DNA from: Eledone cirrhosa
Taxonomy: Eukaryota
Assembly: GCA_964016885.1 (NCBI GenBank)
Contig: OZ024751.1
Location: forward strand, 22,258,001-22,322,000
Reading direction: 5' to 3'
Length of the DNA stretch: 64,000 nucleotides
Shown: one piece after another, positions 1-16,799 of the stretch
How the letters are laid out: each line of letters starts with the position of its first letter
Position numbering within the stretch: the stretch's first letter is position 1
Program-made: the position numbers and the translations under genes
The notes under the pieces: generated by a model
What the model was told of the DNA's origin: nothing
Seen by the model: only the letters and a program-made list of their open reading frames with translations
Databases searched by the model: none

Positions 1-241
1 TATATATATATATATACATAAGATATAAATATATATATTATGTATAGATATATATATATATTATGTATATATATATTATGTATATACTATGTATATATAT
101 ATATATATATACATAATATATATATACACATATATATACATAATATATATATACATAATATACACATATATATATACATAATATATATATATATATAGAT
201 AGATATATATACATAATATATATATATATACATAATATATA

Positions 242-304
<63 letters not shown>

Positions 305-355
305 ACATATATATATATATATACATAATATATATATATACAAATATATGTACAT

Positions 356-387
<32 letters not shown>

Positions 388-403
388 CATAATATATATA
401 TAT

Positions 404-471
<68 letters not shown>

Positions 472-531
472 ATATATATACATATATATATATATACATA
501 ATTTATATATACATATATATATACATAATAT

Positions 532-562
<31 letters not shown>

Positions 563-880
563 ATATATATATATACATAATATATATATATTACATATAT
601 ATTACATATATATTACATAATATATATATATTACATATATATATACATATATATTATGTATATATATACACATATATATATATACATAATATATATATAT
701 ATAATATACACACATATATATATATACATAATATATATATATATATACATAATATATATAAATATATATATATATACATAATATATATAAATATATATAT
801 ATATACATAATATATATATATATACATAATATATATATATATACATAATATATATATATATAATATATATATAATATATA

Positions 881-944
<64 letters not shown>

Positions 945-1221
945 ATATACGTAATATATATAAGTAGACATGCATAATATATATATATACATGATATATA
1001 TATACATAATATATATATATATATAAATAAATATACATAATATACATATATATAATATATATATATATACATAATATATATATATATACAAAATATATAT
1101 ATATACAATATATATATATATATACACACAATATATATATATATATACACATATATACAATATATATATATACATAATATATATATATATACATAATATA
1201 TATATATATATATATATATAC

Positions 1222-1302
<81 letters not shown>

Positions 1303-1458
1303 ATATATATATATATATACATGGATAATATATATATATATATACATATATACATAATATATATATATATATATGTACATATATATAAATATATATATAT
1401 AAATATATATATAAATATATATATATATAAATATATATATATATAAATACATATATAT

Positions 1459-1491
<33 letters not shown>

Positions 1492-1721
1492 AATATATAT
1501 ATATAAATATGTATATATATATATATGTATATATATATTATAATTAAAATGTATGTATTATATATATTATACATATAAGATGTATATAATACATATACAT
1601 GATAGTTACATTTGCATTATATATACATTTATATTAAATATATTATATATAATATATATATATTTATAATGTATACATTATATATATTTCATATATATAT
1701 GTATATATATGAAATATATAT

Positions 1722-1782
<61 letters not shown>

Positions 1783-1805
1783 GTATAATATACATAATAT
1801 AAGTT

Positions 1806-1864
<59 letters not shown>

Positions 1865-2300
1865 TATATATATATATATCATATAGAAGCTATATATATA
1901 TATAACATATCTAATATATATATATATATATGTTATGTATACAGTTAATACATATACATGATATGTATACATATTATATATAAATATATTATAATATATA
2001 TGCATATATATAAAATATATATAATATATATATAAATATATATATACACTACATATATAATATATCTATGTGCATATTACTTATATATATATTATATATC
2101 CATATTATATATACAATTATATTATGTATATATATTTTATATACATATTATATACATATATTTATTATATGTATATATTAAATATACATTGTATTTGTAT
2201 TATATATATATATTATATGTGTATTTCATTTTATATAATATATATATTACACATTATATATATACATATAAAATATATAATATATATATTATATATAAAT
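1..2300. repeat. Degenerate (TA)n / TACATAA microsatellite tract
   Basis: Almost pure TA dinucleotide with interspersed CATAA; the ORFs here are YIYI artefacts. Similar tracts at ~3650-6750, 7410-8750, 9420-10500, 20210-21150, 30450-30975 and 47455-48035. Confidence 0.97.
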
Positions 2301-2689
2301 ATAATTGTTTCTACTTTTGGCACAAGGCCTGCAAATTACCCAGTACATTACTACATATTTGTCGACCCCGTAAGGATGAAAGGCAAAGTTAACCTCGGCG
2401 GGATTTGAACTCAGACCATAAAGGGACGTAACTCTTTACTGCAAAGCATGGTATCAAACCCTCTACCGCTACTGCCAATCCACTGCCTATTATATATAAA
2501 TTTATATATATATAATTGTTTCTACTTTTGGCACAAGGCCAGCAAATACCCAGTGCATTACTGGTACTTTATTTTATCGACCCCGTAAGGATGAACGGCA
2601 AAGTCAACCTCGGCGAGATTTGAACTCAGATCGTAAAGGGACATAACTATGCTGGAAAGCATGGCGTCCGACCCTCTACCGATACTGCC
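2301..2689 (-). mobile_element. Two adjacent copies of tRNA-derived SINE family A (2301-2487 full length; ~2512-2689)
   Basis: Reverse complement matches the + strand copy at 26648-26836: A box TGGCAG..CGG, B box GAGTTCAAATCCC, core GCCTTTCATCC..GGGGTCGATAAAATAAAGTACCAG, tail GTAGAAACAATTAT. Confidence 0.9.
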
Positions 2690-2950
2690 AAAATATAATA
2701 TAAGATATAATATATATAATATATATATCGTACTTACATATATATATTTAACATTTATCTATATATTTGTATATGTGTGTGTGTGTTTGTTTGTGTGTAT
2801 ACATGCTATGGTATTCACCCATAGAGAAGAACTGAAATCCAAATATGATTCTTCTTTTATATATCTCCACAGAAACACACATATATGTCTTCTTTCCCTC
2901 TTTTCTATTTCTCCTCTCTCTCTCGCTCTCTCGCTCTCTCTCTCACTCTC

Positions 2951-3003
<53 letters not shown>

Positions 3004-3655
3004 TCCATGGATATATTGATACACTGAGTAACAAAGAGATATCGAGGAGACAAGAGAGGTTGAGAGGGGGAGAAGTTTAGTTCAAAACAAATATCTTTGA
3101 CGAAATGAATAAAGAATACAAAGTTAGTAACCAGTGGAAGTATTTTTATTTTTCAAAACAAACTTGAGAAGTAGGAGCAGGAGAAAGAAGGATGAGGAGA
3201 AGTAGGAGAAGGAAGAAGGAGGAAGAGGAAGAGAAGGAGTAATTTTGTTTTCCTTCTTGTATTTATTTTATTGGATTTTTTTTTGTTGTGGAAAAAAAAA
3301 AAAAAAATTACGATTGAAAAAAAAATCAATGATATATATATAGAGAATCAATAAATTTGAAACAATTCGGGCTGGGGTTTGGGGGTAATATCCGAAGTAG
3401 GGCCAGGGACAAAAAAAAAAAGTGAAAAAAAAAAAAAAAATAGGAAAAAATCCTGGAAAACAGAGAAAGGAGTAAATAAACAAAAACAAAACAAACATAA
3501 TATATTTTACACAATGTTAATTAAAGAAATAATAATAATGATAATGATAATAGTAATGATAATAATAAGGAATTATTCTATTACATATATTTTTTCCTTA
3601 TACAACTCTACCAACACCAAAATACAACAGGCCTAAACTACCCAATATGCACATA

Positions 3656-3697
<42 letters not shown>

Positions 3698-4818
3698 CAC
3701 ATACATACATATATATATACACACAAATATATATATATACAAACATATATATACAAACACATATATACGCACACATACACACACACACACAGATATATAT
3801 ATATATATATACATATATATATACATACATATGTATATATACACACATATACATACTTATATATACATACACACATATATATACATATATATATATACAT
3901 ATATATACATATATATACATATATATACATATATATATGCATACATATATATATATATATATACATATATATATGCATACATATATATATATATATATAT
4001 ATATACATTTATATATGCATACATATATATATATACATATATATATACATACATATATATACATAAATATATATATACATACATATATATATACATACAT
4101 ATATATATATACATACATATATATATACATACATGCATACATATATATATACATACATATATAGACATACATATATATATGTATACATACATATATGTAC
4201 ATATACATACATATATATATACATATATATATATACATACATCTATGTATATACATAGATATATATACATATATATATACATACATATATGTATATACAT
4301 ACATATATATACATATAGATATACATATATATACACATACATATATATACACATACATATATGTATATACATACATATATATACATATATGTACATATAG
4401 ATATACATACATATACATATAGATATACATACATATATATACATATATATACATATATATATACATACATATATGTATATACATACATATATATACAATT
4501 ATATACATATATATATACAGACATATATGTATATACATACATATATATACATATATATACATATATATATATACATACATATATGTATATACATATATAT
4601 ACATATATATATACAGACATATATGTATATTCATACATATATATATATATATATACATACATATATGTATATACATATACATATATATACATATATATAT
4701 ACATATATACATATATATATATATACATACATACATATATATACATATACATACATATATACATATATATATATATACATATATATATATACATATAAAC
4801 ATAATTATACACATATAC

Positions 4819-4849
<31 letters not shown>

Positions 4850-4974
4850 CATATAAACATAATTATACATATATATATATACATATATACATAATTATAC
4901 ATATATACATATATATATATATATACATATAAACATAATTATACATATATACATATATATATATACATATATAC

Positions 4975-5007
<33 letters not shown>

Positions 5008-5048
5008 CATATATATATACATATATATACATATATATATATATATAC

Positions 5049-5095
<47 letters not shown>

Positions 5096-5101
5096 TATAC
5101 A

Positions 5102-5177
<76 letters not shown>

Positions 5178-5701
5178 GACATAGACATATATATATACAT
5201 AGACATATATATATACATAGACATATATACATATATATACATAGACATACATATATATATATATACATAGACATATATACATATATATATATATATATAT
5301 ACATAGACATATATACATATATGCATAGACATATATACATATATACATAAACATATATACATATATACATAGACATATATACATATATACATAGACATAT
5401 ATACATAGACATATATATATAGACATATATATAGACATATATACATATATACATATATACATGTATATATATACATATATACATATATACATACATATAT
5501 ACATATATACATACATATATACATATATACATGTATATATATACATATATACATGTATATATATACATATATACATGTATATATATACATATATACATGT
5601 ATATATATATACATATATACATGTATATATATACATATATACATGTATATATATACATATATACATGTATATATATACATATATACATGTATATATATAC
5701 A

Positions 5702-5733
<32 letters not shown>

Positions 5734-5834
5734 CATATATATATATATACATATATACATATATACATATACATATATATACATATATATACATATATAT
5801 ATATACATATACATATATATATATATACATATAC

Positions 5835-5867
<33 letters not shown>

Positions 5868-6196
5868 CATATACATATATATATATATATATACAAATAT
5901 ATATATATACATATATATATATATACATATATATACATATATATATATACATATACATATATATATATACATATATATACATATATATATATACATATAT
6001 ATATACATATATACATATACACATATATATATATATACATATACATATATACATATATACATATATACATATATATATACATATATACATATATATATAT
6101 ATACATATATACATATATATATATATACATATAGCCAGGTGGTGCTATTAAGTTAGACATGGCCTGGGCCAATACTGGCCAAAACATTTCAAAGTT

Positions 6197-6240
<44 letters not shown>

Positions 6241-6481
6241 ATACATATATATACATATATATATATACATATAAATACATATATATACATATATATATAT
6301 ACATATATATATACATATATATACATGTATATATACATATATACATATATATATATATACATATATACATATATACATATACATCTATATATATCTACAT
6401 ATATATATACATATATATAAACATATACATACATATATATATATATATATATACATATATATATGTGTGTGTGTGTGTATG

Positions 6482-6515
<34 letters not shown>

Positions 6516-6551
6516 TATACAAATATTTATACACACACACACACACATTTT

Positions 6552-6588
<37 letters not shown>

Positions 6589-6699
6589 ACATTTTTATAT
6601 ATATACATATATATATATATACACACACACATACATTTTTATATATATACATATACATATACACACCACATACATTTTTATATATATACATATATATAT

Positions 6700-6742
<43 letters not shown>

Positions 6743-6875
6743 TACTTCATACCTCAATATCTAAATTCTGATAATATTAACATAAGAATAGAAAGATTAT
6801 TATTATTATTCATAATAATAACAACAACAATAATAATAATAATAATGATGATGATGATGATAATAATAATAATAA

Positions 6876-7280
6876 TAATTGTTTCTACTTCTGGCACAAG
6901 GCCAGCAATTACCCAGTGCATTACTGGTACTTTATTTTATCGACCCCGTAAGGATGAAAGGCAAAGTTAACCTCGGTGGGATTTGAACTCAGAATGGCAA
7001 GGACCGTAACTCTATAATTATAATAATAATAATTGTTTCTACTTTTGGCACAAGGCCAACAATTCACCAGTGTATTACTGGTACTTTATTTTATCGACCC
7101 CATAAGGATGAAAGGCAAAGTTAACCTCAAGTCTTGTAAGGTAGGCACAAGGCCAACCATTTTTGGGGGCAGTGGGTTGGAGAAATCAATTAAATGAGAC
7201 CAGTACATTACTGGTACATTATTTCATCGACTCGGGAAGGATAAAAGGCATAGTTGACCTTGCTGGGATTTGAACCTAAA
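6876..7280 (-). mobile_element. Cluster of three partial SINE family A copies
   Basis: Three successive ggcacaaggcc...gtacttt...ggat(g/a)aaaggca blocks; the first two are preceded by (aat)n tails. Confidence 0.85.
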
Positions 7281-7412
7281 GAAGGATGTAAATTATAATT
7301 CTCTCTCTCTCTTTTTTACTGTCTTTTCCTCTTGCACAATCTAAAAATAATAAAGATGTTTTAACCTTTTGTAAATGACTTAATGATGTGAAAGCTATAG
7401 GGATATATCTTT

Positions 7413-7447
<35 letters not shown>

Positions 7448-7455
7448 AATGTACA

Positions 7456-7499
<44 letters not shown>

Positions 7500-7510
7500 A
7501 ACATACATGC

Positions 7511-7547
<37 letters not shown>

Positions 7548-8436
7548 AACATACATGCATATACATATATACATATATATATATATACATATACATATAC
7601 ATGCACACATAAATATACATATACATGCACACATATATATATACATATACATGCACACATATATATACATATACATGCACACATATATATATACATATAC
7701 ATACACTCACATATATACACATATATATATACACATACACACACATATATACATACATGTACACACACATACACACACATATATTTATCATTTTTATATA
7801 TATATTATTTGTATATATATATATATATACATTATTTGTATATATATATATATATACATTATTTGTATATATATACATATACATATTATTTGTATATATA
7901 TATATATTATATATATATATATTTGTATATATATATATATATTATATATATATATATATTTGTATATATATATATATTATTTGTATATATATATTATTTT
8001 TATATATATATTATATATATTATTTGTATATATATATATATATTATTTGTATATCTATATATATTATTTGTATATTTATATATATTATTTGTATATTTAT
8101 ATATTATATATATATATATATATTATATATATATATATATTATATATATATATATATATTATATATATTTATATATATATATATATATATTATATATATT
8201 TATATATATTAGTATATATATATATATATTATATCTATATATATTTGTATATATATATATATTATATATATATATATTTGTATATATATATATTATATAT
8301 ATATATATTTGTATATATATATATATTATTTGTATATATATTTATATTATTATTATATATATATATATATTATATATATATATTATTTGTATATATATAT
8401 ATATTATTTGTATATTTATTATATATATATATATAT

Positions 8437-8468
<32 letters not shown>

Positions 8469-8567
8469 ATTATATATATATTATATATATTTATATATAT
8501 TATATATATATATATATTATATATATATATTATTTGTATATATATATTATATATATATATATATACA

Positions 8568-8607
<40 letters not shown>

Positions 8608-8656
8608 TATTATTTGTATATATATATGTTAATAATATATACTCTCTATATATATA

Positions 8657-8721
<65 letters not shown>

Positions 8722-9420
8722 TACATATAATAATAGAATAAAGATAATATATATAATAAAAATAAAAGATCCCGTTAAGCGTGAAAGCAGTGATTCTTTG
8801 CTTAAACTTTAATCTGTTCTTATATTAAATATTATATATATACATATATATACATATATATACATATATATACATATATATACATATATATATATAGTTA
8901 AATTTTAGACGAGAACAAAAACAGAGAGGCAGTACAAATATGAGTTTATTAGGTTCACGCCTGTATATACATACGTACATGTATATAAAGAGGAATAGAG
9001 AGGGTGAAAGAAAAAGAGAGAGAGAGATGCGTGGATGGGTATGGAAAAAATAGATGAGAGGAGAAGAGGGCAAGGAAAAACTGTGTTTATTTGAGAAAGC
9101 ACTATTGAAAATACATGTATGATGGCACTAATGGAGGAAACATGTAGGTACATCAAGATAACAACTATTTTGGACACCACAGTTTCATTTATTTCAAACA
9201 TTTAGAGCTATTTAGTATTGACAGTCAACAGAAGGAGTACTCAATACCATAGTAGAGATTAATGGTTTTATTTATATTTGGGCTGGTGTCCGTCTCTTCA
9301 GTTGCGCTGGAGTGGCCTCTGTGTGTTTAAAATGTGTTCAGATGGTCAGGATTACCTGATGATACTGTAAACACACATGAAACTCCAGAATGACACATCA
9401 TACTGACACAAACAGAACTA

Positions 9421-9468
<48 letters not shown>

Positions 9469-9571
9469 TTATATAGGTACATATATATATATACATATAT
9501 ATATATACATATTTATGTATATATATATATATATATATATACATATGTATATATACATATTTATGTATATA

Positions 9572-9650
<79 letters not shown>

Positions 9651-9723
9651 GTATATATACATATTTATGTATATATATATATATATATATATACATATGT
9701 ATATATACATATTTATGTATATA

Positions 9724-9782
<59 letters not shown>

Positions 9783-9881
9783 GTATATATACATATTTAT
9801 GTATATATATATATATACATATATATGTATATGTACATATGTATATATATATATATACATATATATGTATATGTACATATG

Positions 9882-9912
<31 letters not shown>

Positions 9913-9931
9913 GTATATATACATATTTATG

Positions 9932-9964
<33 letters not shown>

Positions 9965-9983
9965 GTATATATACATATTTATG

Positions 9984-10016
<33 letters not shown>

Positions 10017-10361
10017 TTATGCATATATATATATATATGTATATATACATATTTATGCATATATATATACATATTTATGTATATATATACATATATATAT
10101 ATATGTATATATACATGTATATGTATATATATATACATATATATATACATATGTATACATATATATACATATATATATACATATATATATACATATGTAT
10201 ATATATATACATATGTATATATATATATTTACATATTTATGTATATATATATACATATATATATATATATACATATGTATATATACATATTTATGTATAT
10301 ATATATCATATTTATGTATATATATATATATACATATTTATGTATATATATATATACATAC

Positions 10362-10392
<31 letters not shown>

Positions 10393-10850
10393 CATATGTA
10401 TGTATATATAGGTACATATAAATATATATATATACATATATACATATTTATGTACATATATATATATATATATATATACACATATTTTTGTACATATGCA
10501 TGTATATATAATTTTTTGTATTGTTTCTTTTTTTGTTTCTTTGGGGTTTCAAACACTGAAACTAAAATATTTCACACAACTTGGACATAATTAATTGGTA
10601 GGGCCAAGGAGATATATATACAAGTAGGTGTGTAGTTGTTGTTTACATACTACAGTTGCCTTAATTATATATATATATATACACACACATATACACACAT
10701 ACACATTCACTGATGTCGTGTCCTGTCATATATATATATATATTTATATATACATAATTATATATATGTATAAACATGTATGTATATATACAGGAGTTTA
10801 TGTTTACAAACAAAGAAAAGAGTACTCAATACATACCAGCAAGGGATGGG

Positions 10851-10894
<44 letters not shown>

Positions 10895-11013
10895 TATAGT
10901 GTAATGGATTTCATAAATGATTTATATAAGAAATGTTAAACTAATGAGCTGCTGAAATAACAAATTCCCCAGTGAAATGTGTGTATTCGACAGACGAAAA
11001 TGTGAATTTAACC

Positions 11014-11052
<39 letters not shown>

Positions 11053-11281
11053 TAGCGAGGTTTTTTATATGAAATCGTGTGTCGAAACAAATATTGTTAT
11101 GTTTGCTGTGTGACTTGTATCTGTATTATTTTTGACCGTCGGTCAGTCAATGGCAACATTGAGGACCGATTAAGTTAGATCGCAGATATAAAAGACAGCG
11201 AGAAGCGAAAACCAACCAAACAGTGAGTGTGTTCTGTTATTAATTCTGGCAATATTACACAAATATGACCCTCCCCAAGTA

Positions 11282-11333
<52 letters not shown>

Positions 11334-11903
11334 CACACAAACACATGCACATACACATATGCATAAATAGATATATGCAAATATATGTCTTTATGTGGGC
11401 ATGTATGTATATTGAGTACTTAAATCTTCCCTCTCATTGCCTCATCAATGTTGGGTTGTTAGGGTCCTCTTGACAATATATTTACAACACAGGACCACAT
11501 GAACAATGCACTTTCAGCCATTGTTGCCTTTTGTCGGCTTAGGGACGTATATATTTGGCTCAAATGAACATGGCAAACACACCCCAAAATGGATGTATTA
11601 TTCATAAGGCTGACAATGCTGAAGACCAGGGTCCATCTATGTTTGATGGGCTAATGAGGGGTTCCCAAAATACTTAAAAGACTTGGTGATCAGGCCTAGG
11701 CTTTCTATGGCCCAGCCCTCATTAGCAGTGTCAGGTCATCAAGTGAAAGACAAGTAACAGACATCTAAGAATAAAAGATCTTTTCTCATTGCACACTTAA
11801 AATATTCATAGTTTGGAAGTTCAAACTTTTCCACTTCTATTCTAGGTATAGGGGTATGTAATAGACAATACTGGCAACCTATATAACATATGCAAGTGAA
11901 TTA

Positions 11904-11958
<55 letters not shown>

Positions 11959-12059
11959 GTTCCATAACTCCTGATAGAGTCATAGGGGCAGCGTATTGAC
12001 ATGTGGCATTTCTTGGGCATTTTAAGCCTTCAAGCAGATTTCTTCCAGAGAGAGGAAGA

Positions 12060-12222
12060 CTCGAACCCAGTACTAGACTGGTTACTTTTTTTATTTACCC
12101 CGAAAGGATAAAAGGTGGGTAACTAGATGAAAGGCAGGATTTGAACTCAGATAGCAGAGAGTCGGAATGAATACCATAAAGCATTGTATCTGATGATCTA
12201 ACAGCTCTGCCAATTCGCCACC
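12060..12222 (-). mobile_element. Old, diverged SINE family A-related copy
   Basis: ccccgaaaggataaaagg...ggatttgaactcaga...ctgccaattcgcc is recognisable but diverged. Confidence 0.6.
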
Positions 12223-12835
12223 TATATATAACCCAATTCACTGCTAGCTTAGCTCAATCTCAACAAGATATAACAAAAATACCTATCTTAACATTGTTAA
12301 ATAGTTTACAAAAAAAAACATAAGCCTGTAAAGATATCACCCAAAATTATAAATCATATCACATAAGCTACAAATATGAAAATCAGCCAGCTTGTGAACT
12401 ATGTAATTTCAATATATATGGTTTGACATCACCAACATTCTATAGCAATACTTAACATGAACCAACAACATTTATGTCCGCTAAATTCTACAAATTGTAA
12501 CTATAATTACAAAAATCCTCCACACACAGATATATATATATATATCTGCCTGGAGTTGTGACCGACAGATATTATTAGTAATTGGAAAGACCAATAGAAA
12601 GATTGTTTCCTTGGTCCGATTTGACGAGCTGCACCCCTATCGTTAAGCGAATGAGGTCTGGGATCTTGTTAATTGACTATCGGTATATATATATAAATAT
12701 ATATATATAAATATATATATATATGTAGATATATGTAGATATACATATATATATACACAAATGCATGCCCCCCCCCCATATATATATACATACATACATA
12801 CATACATACACATACACACATATACACACACACAC

Positions 12836-12870
<35 letters not shown>

Positions 12871-13103
12871 TGGTGCCACAATGAAAATCACCCAGTCCAC
12901 ACTGTAGGATCATAATGCTAGTGGCATAAAAACACCTCCCAGTACATGCAGAAATATGGTTGGCATCAGCAAGGGCATCCAGCCATAGAAAGCCAAGCTC
13001 AAAAATTGATCATATGAGAAAGATGTAGTCATGTGACCTGTCAAACTCCATAACGTAATGTGACAACCCATCAAATGGTGATTATATATATATAACAAAA
13101 TTT

Positions 13104-13201
13104 AATATAGAAATGGCTTCTACAGGACTAGAACTGTTTTATTTCCTGATGATTTCCTTCAAATGAAACAGTTCTACTCCTGTAGAAGCCATTTCTATAT
13201 T
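13104..13201 (+). mobile_element. Fold-back island with degenerate hammerhead (CTGATGA...GAAACAG...CTGTA); putative Penelope-like remnant
   Basis: Inverted arms aatatagaaatggcttctacagga / tcctgtagaagccatttctatatt; same family as 40115-40167. Confidence 0.65.
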
Positions 13202-13688
13202 ACATTTTGTTGAATATACTCTACTAATATATTGAGTACTTTACTTACCCCTGATTGAACTCGGGACTCACACACACACACACACATATATATATAAGAA
13301 TTAAAAGGGACAAGGTGCTGTGTGGTTACTAATAAAGAATGTTTAGAAATGTAAGGGAAACACAAACATAAGGCAATTCCCATCTTCAGCATTGAAACAT
13401 CCAAGATCCACAACAGACAACTGAAGAGGGGAATTGTCTTATGTTTGTGTTTCCCTTACATTTCTAAACACTATATATATATAAACTATGTATATATATA
13501 TATATATAAAATAACAGGAGGCTGGACTGGTGTAATTCCTTAAAAGGTTTATTATACTATGATCATTTCAATGACCGGGTTCAGTATGAATCCGGTGACA
13601 TCATCAGGTATTCGAAATATAAAAGCAGAGACATGAGGGCGGCCAAACATTTAGCAGCTACTAGCCCGGTCGACCGCCCCAATGTTAT

Positions 13689-13742
13689 ATTTCGAATACC
13701 TGATGATGTCACTGGATTCATATTGAAACCGGTTATTGAAAT
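13689..13742 (+). ncRNA. Type I hammerhead-like motif with palindromic stem III (ACCGGT)
   Basis: atttcgaat-ac-CTGATGA-...-GAA-ACCGGT-T-attgaaat. It lies in the inverted duplication 13506-13802; a second family copy is at ~35295-35552. Confidence 0.55.
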
Positions 13743-14649
13743 GATCATAGTATAATAAACCTTTTAAGGAATTATACCAGTCCAGCCTCCTGTTATTTTA
13801 TAATAATTAACTCCGTACTCGCACCACCACCAACAACACAAACAAAGACAGGTGAGTTGCATTATGTCGAGTGTTCTCCATCGAGGTTGACCATATGGAA
13901 TGATCAGTTCTATCCAGTGGTGAACCAACAAACCTAAATAAATATATATATTTATATATATATATATATATATATGAGGGTGTTAAAGTTTGCTTGAAGC
14001 ATTGTGAAATGTGTAAAATATGTAGTTTAGAAAGCCACAACAATGCAGATACACATACACATATACACACACAGTTACACACACACATATATTTACACAC
14101 ACATATTTTACGGCTTTCACACGCTAGCGCACCCTATTGATTTAACCCAACTGGTCAGTAGCTTTTGCCACAGCCTATCACGCACACGCGCATTCTTTCC
14201 CTCGTTTGAATTTTCCCCATAACGGCATTCCTAAGTTTTAACGACAATACAACTTTCTCCGGCTTAGCCTGTTCCCCCCCCCCCCTTTTGGAACTTCCCC
14301 CCGTTGATGGGCGTGAGCCCGAAATATTGGGATTAAATCTCCACTACGGTAACCCTTCTACCTTTGTTTTGTTTTCATTTTCATTTTCACTTTTCTCCTA
14401 TTTCTCACTCACTTCTGACCTCGAGATTTCCCATCTGCATTGTTGTGGCTTTCTAAACTACATATTTTATATATATATATGCATGTGTGTGTGAAGGTGT
14501 ATTGTGAGAGTGTATTGCTACACAGAGATTCTAGGCTTGATACGATAAGATTCATTTCCAGGGTCGCTTGAAAGATCCCCAGCTTTGTACAAATAAACAT
14601 TTTTAAAACATGTATTGAGTACACTTTCTATGGTTTGTTAAAGTAAAAG

Positions 14650-14707
<58 letters not shown>

Positions 14708-15319
14708 ATGTATGTATATATATATATCTGTATGTGTGTTCAGATAATGTTGGGGTTAACAATGAAGATCTCAAAAATAAAATGAAAAAAAAAACAAAAA
14801 AAAAAACAGAATGAATGACAGCATAACACAAGCAGTTGCTATGGAAACTGTGTACAGAGGTGTGGTTCAAATTGAACTATTGATACAAACTAATATATGA
14901 GAATTGATATAGCGGCTGTGTGTGAACTATAATAGGGCCTGAGATGTTATACAGCAGTGGTAGGAGAGACCCTTGCCTCTAGGTGAGGCTTCAATACCAT
15001 TCAAATCTGAAAATGCCAACTGATGGACACTCTACAAACCCATACAGAAAAACATCTTTAAAGCTTTTGATATTAAACCTGCCTGGAACTGCCCCTGGGT
15101 CTAAGAAACAAAGCTGTTTTTTTTAAACAAAGAGTATTTATGTTTATCTAAATCTCTTCCATCATAATTTTATGTGATAATCTTGGTTGAGCTATGTTCC
15201 AAACATCAGCTTCATTATGTGAAAATATGTTACTAAATCCCTCCATTTTCTTGATTATTTTCAAAATTAATTGAATATCATAGGCTTCGTCTTTCATTAG
15301 AAATATGGTTACAAAAAGT

Positions 15320-15391
15320 TTAACCCTTTCGATACCAACCTGCCTGAAACTGCCTTGATTCTATGATACAAAATTACTTGTTTAAATGTTT

Positions 15392-15475
<84 letters not shown>

Positions 15476-15547
15476 TTTAATATATATATATATATATATT
15501 TTATATATATATATATATATTATATGTATTTAATATATATATATATA

Positions 15548-15623
<76 letters not shown>

Positions 15624-16216
15624 ATATATATATATATATTTAATATATATATGTATATTAAATTCAATAGTACAATGAACACATAACATGGAGAAACGCA
15701 AAGACAGGCATTTTGTTGAGCAAACTCAAATTATTCAACTCGCATCATTTATTGAATTTAATAATATATTAAAACTCGTCCCAGGGACTGAGTATTCTAC
15801 ACCTTGAATATCTTTACCAAATTATTACTACTATACATATATATACACACACATATATATATATATATATAAATACATATTATGTATATATAAATATTAT
15901 ATATATAAGGAAAAAAGATGAAATCAAAAATACAACTGGAGTCTTTTTGAGAATATTTATTTGTTTCCTTTACCGGTTTCACAGTTCTTATGCTTTTCAA
16001 AAGAAGAATTGAGATGGAGGGTTTGTGAAAAACCACAAACCCTCTATCTCAATTCTACTTTTGAAAAGCATAAGAACTGTGAAACCGGTAAAGGAAACAA
16101 ATAAATATTCTTAAAAAGACTCCAGTTGTATTTTTGATTTCATCTTATTTCCTTATACTTTCACTTGTGTAGGACATCATCTCATTTTTTTTTCAATAAA
16201 AGAAAAACCTCATTTT

Positions 16217-16249
<33 letters not shown>

Positions 16250-16411
16250 TTTCATCATAATTTTATATAAGAATCGTTGTTATGTTCCAAACACCAGCTT
16301 AATAATATGAAAGTTAGTTTATACTATAAATTCCAACATTTTCTTATTTTCAAAATTAATTGAAAATGATAGGCAGTGTTTTTCATTAGATATATGGTAA
16401 CAAAAGGGTTA
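15320..16411. mobile_element. TTAA-flanked (piggyBac-like) non-autonomous element interrupted by (TA)n and a fold-back island
   Basis: Starts ttaaccctttcgatacc and ends ggtaacaaaagggttaa. Related sequence at ~15058-15323 and from ~16493. Confidence 0.55.
16058..16093 (+). ncRNA. Variant hammerhead-like motif (TTGAAAA core, ACCGGT stem III)
   Basis: ctt-TTGAAAA-gca..tgt-GAA-ACCGGT-A-aag inside the inverted duplication 15904-16157. Confidence 0.4.
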
Positions 16412-16799
16412 AACCTTCAGACCAAAACTAACAGTAATTTAATATAATTTACATATCTATGAAGCTTCTAAGAAGTCATATGAAAAACATACTTAAACCT
16501 TTTGATATCAACCTGCCTGAGATAGTTTGTTTAAAAGATATATTCATTGTTTTCTCTGCACAGATGTTCTCATATAGGTTTTTTATGTACTTTCAGTTGG
16601 TTCTTGGGAATTAAAAAAAAACATTCTCCACCGCTGCTATGGAGAATGTGCATGAATGGGAGTGTGAGCTGTAGTATAGCCATGAGGAGTTGGAGTAATG
16701 ATTAAGCATGTTTGAAGTGTGATCTGCAGGGTTGCATTAAGGACTGAGTGTGCATATCATTGATTGTAAACTTAAGAATTACCACAGAGAATCTTAGCA

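Noticed and set aside
9350-9395. CTGATGA...GAAAC hammerhead-like motif
   Set aside because: Stems II and III and the cleavage triplet cannot be formed convincingly; at most a decayed copy.
76-10590. Long ORFs (up to 491 aa) of YIYI/HIYT type
   Set aside because: Translations of (TA)n/(TACA)n microsatellites, open in several frames on both strands; the same applies to similar ORFs across the window.
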